A stretch of DNA of 64,000 nt, from the NCBI GenBank assembly GCA_963847595.1, contig CAWKAJ010000001.1:759263-823262 (forward strand), written 5' to 3'. Below, piece by piece: positions 37,157-47,394 of this stretch. How positions within the stretch are numbered: position 1 is the first letter of the stretch; each line of letters opens with the position of its first letter. The notes under the pieces were generated by a model, which saw nothing but the letters and a program-made list of their open reading frames with translations, was not told where the DNA came from and ran no database searches. The DNA comes from an uncultured Chloroflexia bacterium (GTDB taxonomy: Bacteria; Chloroflexota; Dehalococcoidia; SZUA-161). A program made the translations under genes and the position numbers.

Positions 37157-37642
37157 CTCCCTACCGGAAAGGCTCACTCAATGGCATCCTAGCAAATTAT
37201 ATCTTATCGATGGTTTGAAGTCGAACCCGGATTTTGAATGCCTACAGCTTGGGTTTCAGCTTCGTGAATCGGAGTGGCAGTCTATAATTTTGTGATATAA
37301 CAAGGTGAGGTCATCAGAGCGCGTTAAGTACAGTTCAAATGGAAGGCATATTAAACCGCTATCCCTTCGACTACTATTATCGAGGGAGTACAGAGATTGC
37401 GGTGCTGCCTGTCGAGGCCATAGAAAAGGGTGAGCCTATCACAGGTATCCAAAGGCTGTAGTGAGTTATAAGAGGCTCCGATTCCACAGAAGACGGAACT
37501 CCGAAATCAGCGCTGGTTGAGCTTTATGGCAACGACTCGCTGCAACTAGAGATGCAATTCCTGCATGTCACTGTTTATCTTTATGATCCCGGTAACGAAC
37601 AAGGCTGATCCCGGCTCTCCATCTCGCAACGAGCGCCAGGGG

Positions 37643-38482
37643 CTAGGACTTATCTTCCGGCGTATCGACGACCGGGGGCGATTGCTCCGGTGCAGGCGTA
37701 TCAGTAATCGGAGCCGCTTCTGTCTCTTTGAGACCGTCCGGTATTGGGATAACAGCCTTCGGTTTCTTCGCCTTGCCGCGAAAAACACTGACACCCACAA
37801 ACGATACCAGCAGCAACGCGGCGATGCCGCCGATTATCCAGCCCCAGGGAGTAGTTCGGGAGAACTCAGCGGTTATGACCTGGGGAGAATCTACTACCAA
37901 TGTTATGTTGCCTTGAGTAAGATTGCCCTCAGTAAGGTTACCTTGATAGCCGGTTAAATTGCCGTTCCATCTATCGAATTTGTAGCCTGAGGCAGGGATG
38001 GCTGACAGTTGTAACACCGTTCCCATCGCATAGGGTATGGAGAGAGACGTTTGATTAGCCGAGGTGCTGAAAGAACCGCCTACGGTCGTAGCCAGAATAG
38101 TGCCGCCTGAACTCGGACTGACGTCCACGAGGACAGTATAAAGGGCAACAAAATTGGCTGTTATGTTTATGTCCTTATTCATCGTGACACGGATGGTAGT
38201 ATTGCCGGGCGCGTTGTCCCCTATATCACCGGACCAACCGCTGAACTCGAAACCATCCAAAGCAGTGACAGTCACAGTGACGACAGTGCCGTCGTTATAG
38301 GTTTCAGCCGCGCACAACGGTGGATTATAGGTGAAATTGCCCCCCAAGGCGGGATCGCTGACAACCGTCAGCTTATACACCCCTCAGGCACATATCACGC
38401 TGGGAGCGAGCAAAGCCACCAGCACCGCTATCAATGCAGCTGCGACGATTATCAGCCAGAGTTGATTTAGTTTTCTCCCCAT
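37643..38482 (-). pseudogene. InlB-B-repeat surface protein (signal peptide, 2 repeats, C-terminal TM anchor, Pro-rich tail) interrupted by an in-frame TGA at 38384-38386
   Basis: ATG at 38482 (AGAGG RBS) encodes MGRKLNQLWLIIVAAALIAVLVALLAPSVICA, followed by TGA, then GVYKLTVVSDP... in the same frame. Confidence 0.75.
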
Positions 38483-38732
38483 TTTGAACCTCTAATCGGC
38501 ATTAACGTATGGCGAATGCCATCGAGCACCGGCTAAGACCATGCCCTTGAATAAAGAGTATCCCAAATAAGCTTTATAGTCAATATCCCCAAGGTTTTTA
38601 GATGACCAAGTGGCCTGTTTGGAACCTGCCCCTATAATTTTGCTCTTTACAGGACTAATCGAGTGATATATAATATAAGCGTAGATGCGCATATAAGCCA
38701 ATAGATGAAGAGTGCGCATCCCTGGTGGAGCC

Positions 38733-39458
38733 ATGACAATAGTGTCAGACCATAAGACAGGTTGTCTTGTTTGCGGTGGTGAACTCGTTTATCACGCCAC
38801 TTTTGAGCCCCGTGAGTGCTTCTACTGCAAGCAATCTTATGAGTCTAATAGTGCCTGCGCCGCCGGGCATTATGTGTGCGATTCATGCCACAGCCTTTCC
38901 GCAACCAACCTCATCCGGCAGTTCTGCAGCTCAAGCGAACTCACTGATCCACTTCAGATGGCGCTCATCCTGATGCAACATCCTGCGGTCAAAATGCACG
39001 GCCCTGAACACCATTTCCTGGTTCCGGCAGTCTTACTGGCCACCTACTACAACTTGAAAGACGATCCTGAGAGTAAGAAAAGGAAAATAGTGGAAGCAGA
39101 GAAGCGGGCTAAACAGATTCTGGGAGGCTTTTGCGGATTCTATGGAGACTGCGGTGCTGCTGTGGGTACGGGCATCTTCTTGAGCCTGATCACTGATGCC
39201 ACCCCCGTTTCCGTGCATAGTTGGAGGCTTTCCAATATGATGACGGCTAGCGCCCTCATGTCCATCGCTCTCCACGGCGGGCCCAGGTGCTGCAAACGTA
39301 ACACTTACCTTGCCATTATGGAAGCTGCCCAGTTTCTGAAAGAGAACCTTAATGTCCAGATGGATGTCTCTTCAGAAATCCAGTGCCAGTTCAGCCACTT
39401 GAACAAGGAATGTCTAAAAGAAGAATGTCGTTTCTATCCCAGGAACACGAGAATCTAA
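38733..39458 (+). CDS. Cys-rich putative metal-binding protein (DUF5714-like by recollection)
   Basis: CLVCGG...CFYC...CAAGHYVCDSCH...FCGFYGDCGAAVG...RCCKRN. Lies immediately upstream of arsR. Confidence 0.6.
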   Translation: MTIVSDHKTGCLVCGGELVYHATFEPRECFYCKQSYESNSACAAGHYVCDSCHSLSATNLIRQFCSSSELTDPLQMALILMQHPAVKMHGPEHHFLVPAVLLATYYNLKDDPESKKRKIVEAEKRAKQILGGFCGFYGDCGAAVGTGIFLSLITDATPVSVHSWRLSNMMTASALMSIALHGGPRCCKRNTYLAIMEAAQFLKENLNVQMDVSSEIQCQFSHLNKECLKEECRFYPRNTRI

Positions 39459-39471
39459 AGGAAATCCGAAA

Positions 39472-39831
39472 ATGCGCGATTTAGTCAAAGCTATGAAAGC
39501 GCTGTCTGATGAGACCAGGCTCAGGATACTGAACCTGCTCCTGGAGAGGGAGTGCTGCGTCTGCGAGGTGATGCAGGCGCTGGAGATCTCGCAGACCAGG
39601 GCCTCCCGCAACCTGAGCGCCCTTTACGATGCCGGGTTCCTCAAGCTGAGGAAGGAGGGCCTGTGGTCATTGTATTCCATAGATGCAGAGGGAATGAAAC
39701 CCTATTACGCCGACCTGGTCGAGGCTGTGAGAAAAGGGCTTAAAGGCAATGATTTGGTGGCGCAGGACATAGAGCGACTCAAGGTAGCCCAGCGCGTGGG
39801 CCCGGGCTGCGTCCGGAAATGTGCCAAATAG
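39472..39831 (+). CDS. arsR: ArsR/SmtB family metalloregulator
   Basis: LSDETRLRILNLLLERECCVCEV (CVC metalloid site) plus a winged HTH. Confidence 0.9.
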   Translation: MRDLVKAMKALSDETRLRILNLLLERECCVCEVMQALEISQTRASRNLSALYDAGFLKLRKEGLWSLYSIDAEGMKPYYADLVEAVRKGLKGNDLVAQDIERLKVAQRVGPGCVRKCAK

Positions 39832-39904
39832 CCTCTCTTTTTTTGCCTTATAAGCATGCGTTATTGCGCATCTAGGGAAGAGTGCGTAGAGGGGGTGTTT
39901 TTTT

Positions 39905-40057
39905 ATGCTTGAAATCAGAAAAACAGCCATAGCCCTTGAGGAAGAGGAACTGCTTGAGCTTGCGTGCATCATGGTTAGCCGCGACGAAAAGGAAGCGTTC
40001 AACTTTCTAAAGAAATCGGTGTATGACAAGGTAGCCCGTATCCAGCAGGCAAAGTGA
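39905..40057 (+). CDS. Small hypothetical protein, paralog 1 (50 aa; the homologous frame continues past TGA to 40123)
   Basis: The first 47 nt are identical to 40116-40162. After the TGA, the frame still aligns with the paralog 2 tail (KPRLGSGGAPVER vs [13 protein letters not shown]). Confidence 0.6.
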   Translation: MLEIRKTAIALEEEELLELACIMVSRDEKEAFNFLKKSVYDKVARIQQAK

Positions 40058-40115
40058 AAGCCACGTCTGGGCTCCGGTGGAGCCCCGGTGGAAAGAACCA
40101 TTGGAGAGGTGACTA

Positions 40116-40325
40116 ATGCTTGAAATCAGAAAAACAGCCATAGCCCTTGAGGAAGAGGAACTGCTCGAGCTGGAACAAATAATGGTTGACCGCGATGAGA
40201 AGGAAGCCCTCGCCTTCCTGAAGAGGTCGGTCTACGACAAAGTATCTCATTCTCAACAAGGCAAGTTGAAGTCGCACCTCGACACCGGCGGAGACCCTGT
40301 GGAGAGATTCAAGCAGAAGCTATAA
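40116..40325 (+). CDS. Small hypothetical protein, paralog 2 (69 aa)
   Basis: [32 protein letters not shown]... with a GGAGAGG RBS. Lies between arsR and ACR3. Confidence 0.65.
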   Translation: MLEIRKTAIALEEEELLELEQIMVDRDEKEALAFLKRSVYDKVSHSQQGKLKSHLDTGGDPVERFKQKL

Positions 40326-40335
40326 AGGAGAAAAC

Positions 40336-41415
40336 ATGGGTAGCGCTGAGTCAAAGACTAGCGTACGTCGGCTTGCCCTATTGGACCGCTTCCTCACGCT
40401 CTGGATATTCCTGGCGATGGGGCTGGGCGTGGGGTTGGGCTATTTTATTCCCGGCACAGCCGATTTTATCAATCGCTTTCAAGTAGGTACGACCTCTATC
40501 CCCATAGCTATCGGCCTCATATTGATGATGTATCCCCCACTGGCCAAGGTGAGGTACGAGCAACTGGGCAAGGTGTTTCGCAACTGGCGCATTCTCGGTC
40601 TATCGCTGGTGCAGAACTGGGTCATCGGCCCGCTGCTCATGTTCTTCCTGGCTATCGGTTTTCTGGGCTTCCTCTGGCATTACCCCGCCTACATGCAGGG
40701 GCTGATCATGATAGGCCTGGCTCGCTGCATCGCCATGGTCATCGTCTGGAACGAGCTGGCCAAAGGCGACAGCGACTATGCCGCCGGCCTGGTCGCCTTC
40801 AACTCCATCTTCCAGATAGTCTTCTATTCCTTGTATGCCTATGTCTTCATCACGGTGCTTCCGGGGTGGTTCGGACTCAAAGGCACCGAGGTGCACGTCA
40901 CTATCTGGCAAATAGCTCAAAGTGTGCTCATCTACCTGGGTATACCTTTCTTCGGGGGCATGATAACCCGATTCACACTTATCAAAGCTAAAGGGCGGGA
41001 ATGGTACGAGAAGAAGTTCATAACAACGATAAGCCACATCACGCTCATTGCTCTGCTGTTCACAATAGTGGTCATGTTCTCGCTAAAGGGCGATTACATT
41101 GTTCAGTTGCCTCTGGATGTGATCCGCATCGCTATACCGCTGCTGATCTACTTCGTGATTATGTTCCTGGTATCCTTCTACATGGGGAGGAGAATTGGTG
41201 CTGACTACTCCAAAACAGCAACCATTTCCTTCACCGCTGCCAGCAACAATTTCGAGTTGGCTATCGCCGTAGCTGTGGCGGTATTCGGCATCGGCTCAGG
41301 TCAAGCCTTCGCCGCCGTCATCGGGCCGCTGGTGGAGGTGCCTGTTTTGATAAGCTTGGTAAACGTAGCCCTCTATTTCCAGAGGCGGTATTTTAAGGTT
41401 GAGGCGAATGTGTGA
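40336..41415 (+). CDS. arsB: ACR3 family arsenite efflux transporter
   Basis: [22 protein letters not shown]-terminus and ten TM segments. 359 aa. Confidence 0.9.
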   Translation: MGSAESKTSVRRLALLDRFLTLWIFLAMGLGVGLGYFIPGTADFINRFQVGTTSIPIAIGLILMMYPPLAKVRYEQLGKVFRNWRILGLSLVQNWVIGPLLMFFLAIGFLGFLWHYPAYMQGLIMIGLARCIAMVIVWNELAKGDSDYAAGLVAFNSIFQIVFYSLYAYVFITVLPGWFGLKGTEVHVTIWQIAQSVLIYLGIPFFGGMITRFTLIKAKGREWYEKKFITTISHITLIALLFTIVVMFSLKGDYIVQLPLDVIRIAIPLLIYFVIMFLVSFYMGRRIGADYSKTATISFTAASNNFELAIAVAVAVFGIGSGQAFAAVIGPLVEVPVLISLVNVALYFQRRYFKVEANV

Positions 41416-41639
41416 GCAAGAGACGTAGCGGCAAGCGTGCCGCGCCCCACAAGGCATCCAATGGCCGCCTATTGGAATTAGCTTGACGGCAACGTTTAAT
41501 GCGTATATCATCTTTTGAAGAGCGATTGGTGATGATTGCCTCATTGCCCGTCAAAATGCTGCTTCGGTAAGAATTGTCGGCTTTGATACGCTTACAGACC
41601 TCGCGTCCTAGGGTGAAGGGACAGAAGTTTTGAGGCACA

Positions 41640-42656
41640 ATGTTTTCCACAAAGACCAGCGCCGCTGGTCTCACTATCCTATCCAACAGTCTGCTTTTGG
41701 TCGCGAAGCTGGCAGCTGGTTTCGCCATGGGCAGCGCCAGCGTTATTTCCGAGGGCATCCACAGCACAGTAGACCTGCTGGCATCCCTTATTGCCTTCTT
41801 CAGCATCCGCGCCTCCGTCAAGCCAGCCGATGAGGAGCACGAATTCGGCCACGGCAAGATTGAGAATATCAGCGGCACTATTGAGGCAGTGCTGATATTC
41901 CTCGCAGCAGGCTTCATTATTTACGAGGCAATAATAAAGATCATCAAAAGGGCGCAGCCAGAATTTCTTATTGTAGGCATAGGCATCATGGCATTCTCGA
42001 CAGTGGTCAATTTCTTCGTCTCACGTCGTCAATACAGGATGGCACGTTTGAATGATTCAGTTGCACTGGAAGCAGATGCCTGGCATCTGACCACCGATGT
42101 TTACACATCTCTGGGGGTACTTGTCGGGCTCGTAATTGTGCGCCTTACCCATCTATACATACTCGACCCCATAATCGCTATAGGAGTGGCGTTGCTCATC
42201 TTCAGGGCAGCCTGGAACATTACCCGCAAGTCGATGGGCGGCCTGGTAGATGTGCGCTTGCCCCAGGCAGAGGAGGATATTATAGCGGCCAGCATCACAG
42301 AACACTTGGGGGAAATAACGGGTTTTCATGAGCTGCGCACCCGCAAGTCAGGGAGCCAGCGTTATATAGACCTGCACCTCGTTCTGCCCAAATCGGTTAC
42401 TTTGGAGGAAGCACACAAGCTTTGTGACCACCTCGAAGGGGATATTAAGAGCAAGCTATCCAACGGATTGGTCACCATTCACTGCGAGCCCTGCGAACAA
42501 GCGGAGAATGGCACATGCCCGGCTGACTGTCCTGTAATAGATTGTACCATTCACGCGGGGAAAGATGACCCCGGGAAAACACAACATACGTCGCGGTCAG
42601 TTCGACCGAACACTCTGCGTTTACTTAGACAAAGACGCTTCCGCAAGCAATCGTAA
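41640..42656 (+). CDS. Cation diffusion facilitator (CDF) family transporter
   Basis: SEGIHSTVDLLAS...HEFGHGKIE...DAWHLTTD motifs and a C-terminal cytoplasmic domain. Confidence 0.9.
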   Translation: MFSTKTSAAGLTILSNSLLLVAKLAAGFAMGSASVISEGIHSTVDLLASLIAFFSIRASVKPADEEHEFGHGKIENISGTIEAVLIFLAAGFIIYEAIIKIIKRAQPEFLIVGIGIMAFSTVVNFFVSRRQYRMARLNDSVALEADAWHLTTDVYTSLGVLVGLVIVRLTHLYILDPIIAIGVALLIFRAAWNITRKSMGGLVDVRLPQAEEDIIAASITEHLGEITGFHELRTRKSGSQRYIDLHLVLPKSVTLEEAHKLCDHLEGDIKSKLSNGLVTIHCEPCEQAENGTCPADCPVIDCTIHAGKDDPGKTQHTSRSVRPNTLRLLRQRRFRKQS

Positions 42657-42674
42657 AGGGAGATAACACAGAGA

Positions 42675-43475
42675 TTACTCCTCCCTCCTGAGCGCCAGCG
42701 CCATGCCAGCTGCAAAACATACAATTGCGTAGGCCACCATCACCGCTATGCCCACCCCCAAATGGGGTGTAAACGCTGGTAAAGTAGACGGGCCCTCTCC
42801 GCGTCCAAACCCGAGGCTGCTTGAGACACCTAAAACGTTAGTTATAAGATCTGATGAGTAAGTGACGATGAACCAGGGTTCCTGGTTCACACGGGTCAGG
42901 ATCTCCTGGACGACCCGCAGTATCACCATGAGAAACAGGAAGCCAACAATCGTGGAAGAAATGGAGCGCTTGAGAAGGCCACTGAAAAAGTATATCACGC
43001 TTACCGCGGCTGCTGAGAAAAGCAAGGCTGTTAAGAAGGATTTCCCCAGTTCTGCCGGAATCGCTGCCCACCCATACAGTTGTGCTGTCTGCAGCGTCAT
43101 GACCACGTAATAGAGCAGAACCACAAGGAAGGTAGCCAACAGTGCAGCTATATACTTACCTGCGAAGATTGAGGAACGTCTTTGCGGTGTGGGAAACGAT
43201 AGCAAGTTCGTCTTCTTCTCGAACTCACCACATATGGCATCCCCGGCAAACATGGCCGCTGAGATTACTATCAGTACGTTGAGAAAGGTGAGGACGTTGA
43301 CGGCAAACACGCCTGCGGTGTCCGGAACTTTCACATAGAAGATCAGGGGTATGATAATAGCCAGCGCCGCAATAATGAGCAGCCTCCTGGTCTTCAGGTA
43401 TTTCATTAATTCAAACTTAACTGACAGGTAAGTGTCGAGGACATCGTTCCTAATGTTATCTCTAGCTATTTCCAT
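42675..43475 (-). CDS. ABC-2 type transporter permease
   Basis: Six TM segments. The start abuts the ATPase stop. Confidence 0.75.
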   Translation of the reverse strand: MEIARDNIRNDVLDTYLSVKFELMKYLKTRRLLIIAALAIIIPLIFYVKVPDTAGVFAVNVLTFLNVLIVISAAMFAGDAICGEFEKKTNLLSFPTPQRRSSIFAGKYIAALLATFLVVLLYYVVMTLQTAQLYGWAAIPAELGKSFLTALLFSAAAVSVIYFFSGLLKRSISSTIVGFLFLMVILRVVQEILTRVNQEPWFIVTYSSDLITNVLGVSSSLGFGRGEGPSTLPAFTPHLGVGIAVMVAYAIVCFAAGMALALRREE

Positions 43476-44453
43476 CTAATTGCCCTTCTTCTCCTCACCC
43501 ATCACGGAGACATAGTAGTCTTCCAGTCCTGCGGTCTCCACATTGTAAGATACCACATCCAAATTCAAAGACACGAGACGTCTCAGTATTTGCACGCTTG
43601 ACACCGGTTGCCCGTCGTAGAGCAGTCTAGCGGTGTTATCGTTCACGTCTACGCTTTTTACCAGTTCGATTGCCCTCAGTTTCTCAATTTCTTCCCGCGA
43701 TAGCGGCTTGAGAAACTTCACATCCACCACCTTACGTTCCATCGTGCTCCCGATCCTATCCATGGAATCCGATGAGACAACCTTGCCCTTATTCAGGAAG
43801 ACCACCGTATTGCAGACTTCGGCAACCTCCCCCAGGAGATGGGAGCTCAGGAAAACTGTCATGCCCGCGCTACGGAATTGACGTATCAGCTCTCTGACGT
43901 CCCTGATCCCTTCTGGGTCCAACCCGAGGACCGGCTCATCGAGGATCAGGTTATCAGGCTTGTGCAGTATGGCTTTGGCTATTGTGAGCCTTCGCAGCAT
44001 ACCCGTGCTGAAGGTACCTACCTTCTTGTGCTCCCAGTCTGATAGTTTCACCAGCTCCAGCGTTTCCTTGATTCTGCGGTCTATCTCGCCGCCGCTCATT
44101 CTGTAGACCCTGCCGAAATAGGTCAGCATCTCGTGAGGGGTCAGGTAGTCATAGACGCCGGGTACTTCGACCAGCGCTCCGATAGTCCGCAGAGCCTCTC
44201 TTGGCCCTGCCGTTACGTCGATGCCATTCACATAGGCATGTCCCGAGCTGGGCTTGATTAGGCCAGTCAATATCTTGATAGTTGTTGTCTTTCCCGCGCC
44301 GTTGGGACCAACATACCCCACGACCTCGCCCTTTTTTATCCGCAGGGAAATCCCATCCAGCGCAGTAAAGTTATTGCCGTATCTCTTGACAAGATTCTCG
44401 GTTCGAATTGCGTATTCCACAGCTTTATGTCCTTCTTGTTCCTGATCAGTCAC
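43476..44453 (-). CDS. ABC transporter ATP-binding protein
   Basis: Walker A GPNGAGKTTT, signature FSTGMLRRL and Walker B LILDEP. Confidence 0.9.
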   Translation of the reverse strand: MTDQEQEGHKAVEYAIRTENLVKRYGNNFTALDGISLRIKKGEVVGYVGPNGAGKTTTIKILTGLIKPSSGHAYVNGIDVTAGPREALRTIGALVEVPGVYDYLTPHEMLTYFGRVYRMSGGEIDRRIKETLELVKLSDWEHKKVGTFSTGMLRRLTIAKAILHKPDNLILDEPVLGLDPEGIRDVRELIRQFRSAGMTVFLSSHLLGEVAEVCNTVVFLNKGKVVSSDSMDRIGSTMERKVVDVKFLKPLSREEIEKLRAIELVKSVDVNDNTARLLYDGQPVSSVQILRRLVSLNLDVVSYNVETAGLEDYYVSVMGEEKKGN

Positions 44454-44569
44454 ACTCTCAATCCAATGCTATCATGTGGCCATTAAACCCTCAGCATCTG
44501 CTCCTAGGCAATTAAATCCTGTCCGTTACGCTATGCGGTAGTCGCCTGCTCTGAGCTCTGTCTCGCAGC

Positions 44570-44794
44570 TTATCTGCCCTGTTTTTCCCCTCCTTCAATC
44601 TCCCCGAACTCAGGCATGAAGTTCTGTAAAATCCAAATATAGGCTTCGGCAACCTTCTTCTGCTGATCAGAAGATGCACCTCTAATTACGAGAGTACGAC
44701 CTCGGTCGGTTCGCAGTGTCTTCCTCATCACCGTATGCCCTTCCAACTGGTTCCCCTCAGTTCGTGTACACATCTTTCCCACCTTCTCTTGCAC
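44570..44794 (-). CDS. Hypothetical small protein (weak call)
   Basis: An ORF only, with a GTG start and no recognisable family. Confidence 0.25.
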   Translation of the reverse strand: MQEKVGKMCTRTEGNQLEGHTVMRKTLRTDRGRTLVIRGASSDQQKKVAEAYIWILQNFMPEFGEIEGGEKQGR

Positions 44795-44800
44795 AGTCCC

Positions 44801-45889
44801 TTATGAGGGGCTTTGCCCTAGTGTAACCGACACCACCTGCTGGCTATTTCCTCGCCAGAAGGTTATGCTTACTGTGTCCCCAACATTGTATTGCCACAGC
44901 AACTTTATCAATTGGGATGCCTCGGTCTCAGTTTGGCCCTGGAAGCTGGTTATCACATCATTGGTTTGTATGCCTGCTTTGGCTGCCGGGCTGCCAGGAG
45001 CAACATACGCTGCCAGGACCCCTTTAGTTATAGATATGCCAAGCTGTGAGGCTAATGCAGGCGTGAGGTCTTCCATACTGAGGCCCAGGTAGGGTCTGGT
45101 CACTTTCCCATATTTGACCAGGTCGTCATACACGCTGCTGGCAGTGTTGGCGCTCACAGCAAAGCCGATGTTCTCCGCTCCGGAGATGATGAACGTATCG
45201 ATTCCCACCACCTGGCCTTCCAGGTTGACCAGGGGGCCGCCGCTATTGCCCGGGTTGATGGCAGCATCGGTCTGTATTATGTCATAGTAGGCAGACTGCC
45301 CTATGGTATAGGAGCGCCCGAGACCGCTCACTATACCCAGAGTAACTGTAGGGCCACCTTCTACCAGCCCCAGGGCGTTGCCGAGGGCTATTACCCAATC
45401 TCCGTCGCGTAACCCGGAGGCGTCGCCAAACTGGGCTGTGGGAAAGTTTTGGCCATCGATCTTAATCACTGCCAGGTCGCTGGTCGGGTCAGCGCCCACA
45501 AGGCTAGCCTGATAAGTTTGTTCGTCGTTGGGTAGCGATACCTCGATCTTGGTATAGCCGTCTATTACATGGTTATTGGTCAGGATATAGCCATCGGGGC
45601 TGAGAACCACCCCTGAGCCGCTTTTGGTGGCTGCGGTCTGCCCAAAGAATGAGGTAGCCGTATAGTCGACAGAAACATAGGCTACGGCTGGCATGACCTT
45701 CGCCACAACATCGGCAACTGAGGGCAGGTCAGATAGCGGTGTCCCAGCCGGTGTTGCAGTAGGCTGAGCTGTGGACGTTGCGGTGGGGGTCGGAGTGTTC
45801 GTCAGCGTGGCTGTAGTTGTACAGGCGCTGACCAACACCATCAGCAGAATGACCGGAATGAGAATCCTGAGTTTGCTTATCTTAGACAT
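44801..45889 (-). CDS. HtrA/DegP-family serine protease with a PDZ domain
   Basis: TNNHV, D...AVIK and GNSGGPLVN catalytic triad context. N-terminal lipoprotein-like signal (LVSAC). Confidence 0.9.
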   Translation of the reverse strand: MSKISKLRILIPVILLMVLVSACTTTATLTNTPTPTATSTAQPTATPAGTPLSDLPSVADVVAKVMPAVAYVSVDYTATSFFGQTAATKSGSGVVLSPDGYILTNNHVIDGYTKIEVSLPNDEQTYQASLVGADPTSDLAVIKIDGQNFPTAQFGDASGLRDGDWVIALGNALGLVEGGPTVTLGIVSGLGRSYTIGQSAYYDIIQTDAAINPGNSGGPLVNLEGQVVGIDTFIISGAENIGFAVSANTASSVYDDLVKYGKVTRPYLGLSMEDLTPALASQLGISITKGVLAAYVAPGSPAAKAGIQTNDVITSFQGQTETEASQLIKLLWQYNVGDTVSITFWRGNSQQVVSVTLGQSPS

Positions 45890-45981
45890 GCCTCCTCCTT
45901 TTCCACCCTTTCAATCGTCGGTCAGTTTGCCGACGCAAAGTTATTGTTCAGACTGGTACCGGCACCCTGCAAGCTAAAACG

Positions 45982-47394
45982 CTAGGATACGGGCTTTTGT
46001 TGAGTTACAGGCAATGTAAAAGAGAACTTGCTCCCCTTGCCTACTTCGCTTTCAACCCAGATTCTGCCTCCATGAAGCTCAACCATCTGCTTGGCTATGG
46101 CAAGTCCCAGACCGGCTCCCCCGGTTTTCCTGGAACGGGCATCGTCAACCCTATAGAAACGCTCGAATACATAAGGTAAATGCTCTGCGGGAATCCCCTC
46201 TCCTGTGTCTGAAACGGAGACCAGTATACCATCCTTATCTGGTGAGACAGCGATGGTCACAGTCCCACCCGAAGGAGTGTGATTGAGGGCGTTATCCAGT
46301 AGGTTTGCCACAACCTGCTCGATTCTTCTGCCATCCGCCTCAATCTCTGGCAAGCCCTCTGTCATGTCCGTCCTCAGGCTTATGTTCTTTTCCTGCGCTA
46401 TGACCTCAGCCTGAGAGACCCGACGCTGCACCAGCTCTGCCAGGTTTGTGGGCTCGACCTGCAATTTCAGGTGTCCTGATTCAGCAAGTGTCAAATCTCG
46501 CAGCTCGCCTACAAGCCTGGTGAGCACCTCCGTCTCTTCTTTTATCGAAGTGAGGTTATCAGGATTCGGCTCGTATACGCCGTCAAGCATGGCGTCCACT
46601 GTCCCCCCGATAACAGCCAGCGGGGTGCGCAACTCATGGGCAATATCGGCAAATAAGCGACGGCGCGATTGTTCACTGCTGTCAAGGCTCGCAGCCATGG
46701 AGTTGAACGAATTGGCCAGCTCGCCGAACTCGTCTCTCGACTTGGCTTCTACTCTGTAGGCCAGGTCACCATTAGAGATGCGGGCTGCGCCTTTCTTCAA
46801 CGCCCGGATCGGCTTGGTGAATTGTGTGGTCAAAAGCAGGCCCAGTAATATCGCTACTGCAGCGCCCACACCCCCAGCTATCCACAGAGACGTGTTGACA
46901 TGGCTGAGAAAGCGCTGCTCAGGTGAAACAGGCGGCTGCTGACCTGAAAGCGCGCCTCCAGGCGGTACGAACTGCACGATTACCATCCCGGACGATAGCA
47001 AATAGAGTTTGCCTACCTCTTGACCGGAGACGACAATGCTTGTCGGCTTAGACAGCCCCACGCTTTGAACAGTGTCTCCCAGCCACTCTCCATTTGTGTC
47101 ACCAATTATTGTGCTGGAGTTGTCCGCTAAAATAAACCGGTCATTGACAAATGTGGGCAGGCTCTGAAGCAGGTTCTGCACCCCGGACCAGTTGCCATTC
47201 TCAGTATAGAAGTCCTTCAGCCTTTGTTCTGTCTGCTCCAGAGATGAGGCCCTGCTTTCCGAGATGAAGTCGCTGAACTCGCTGGTGGTGCGGTGGTGGG
47301 TCAAATATGCTGTAAGACCCACAGAGACAACAACGACCAAAAGCAATGAAAGAGCGATCTTCCAGCTCAGGCTACGCACCTTTGACCTCCCCAA
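45982..47394 (-). CDS. Sensor histidine kinase (TM-sensor-TM, HAMP, HisKA, HATPase_c)
   Basis: H-box [12 protein letters not shown], plus N, G1 and G2 boxes. Confidence 0.9.
   Translation of the reverse strand: MGRSKVRSLSWKIALSLLLVVVVSVGLTAYLTHHRTTSEFSDFISESRASSLEQTEQRLKDFYTENGNWSGVQNLLQSLPTFVNDRFILADNSSTIIGDTNGEWLGDTVQSVGLSKPTSIVVSGQEVGKLYLLSSGMVIVQFVPPGGALSGQQPPVSPEQRFLSHVNTSLWIAGGVGAAVAILLGLLLTTQFTKPIRALKKGAARISNGDLAYRVEAKSRDEFGELANSFNSMAASLDSSEQSRRRLFADIAHELRTPLAVIGGTVDAMLDGVYEPNPDNLTSIKEETEVLTRLVGELRDLTLAESGHLKLQVEPTNLAELVQRRVSQAEVIAQEKNISLRTDMTEGLPEIEADGRRIEQVVANLLDNALNHTPSGGTVTIAVSPDKDGILVSVSDTGEGIPAEHLPYVFERFYRVDDARSRKTGGAGLGLAIAKQMVELHGGRIWVESEVGKGSKFSFTLPVTQQKPVS

Noticed and set aside
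37339-37461. 40-codon ORF (MEGILNRYPFDYYYRGSTEIAVLPVEAIEKGEPITGIQRL) and an open frame after its TAG-TGA double stop.
   Set aside because: There is no RBS at a suitable distance, no recognisable homology, and the downstream open frame lacks a start. The support is insufficient.
38384-38386. Global reassignment of TGA to a sense codon (code 4 or 25), which would explain the three in-frame TGAs.
   Set aside because: Many well-conserved genes here end at TGA at the expected length (carboxylesterase 2098-2100, AOR 13926-13928, VOC 3179-3181). No large conserved gene needs an internal TGA.
44570-44803. Read-through of the HtrA stop into ORF 44570-44794, which is in the same frame two codons later.
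   Set aside because: The stop is TAA and the HtrA C-terminus is complete after the PDZ domain. The downstream ORF has no homology signal, and a same-frame arrangement has a 1-in-3 chance.
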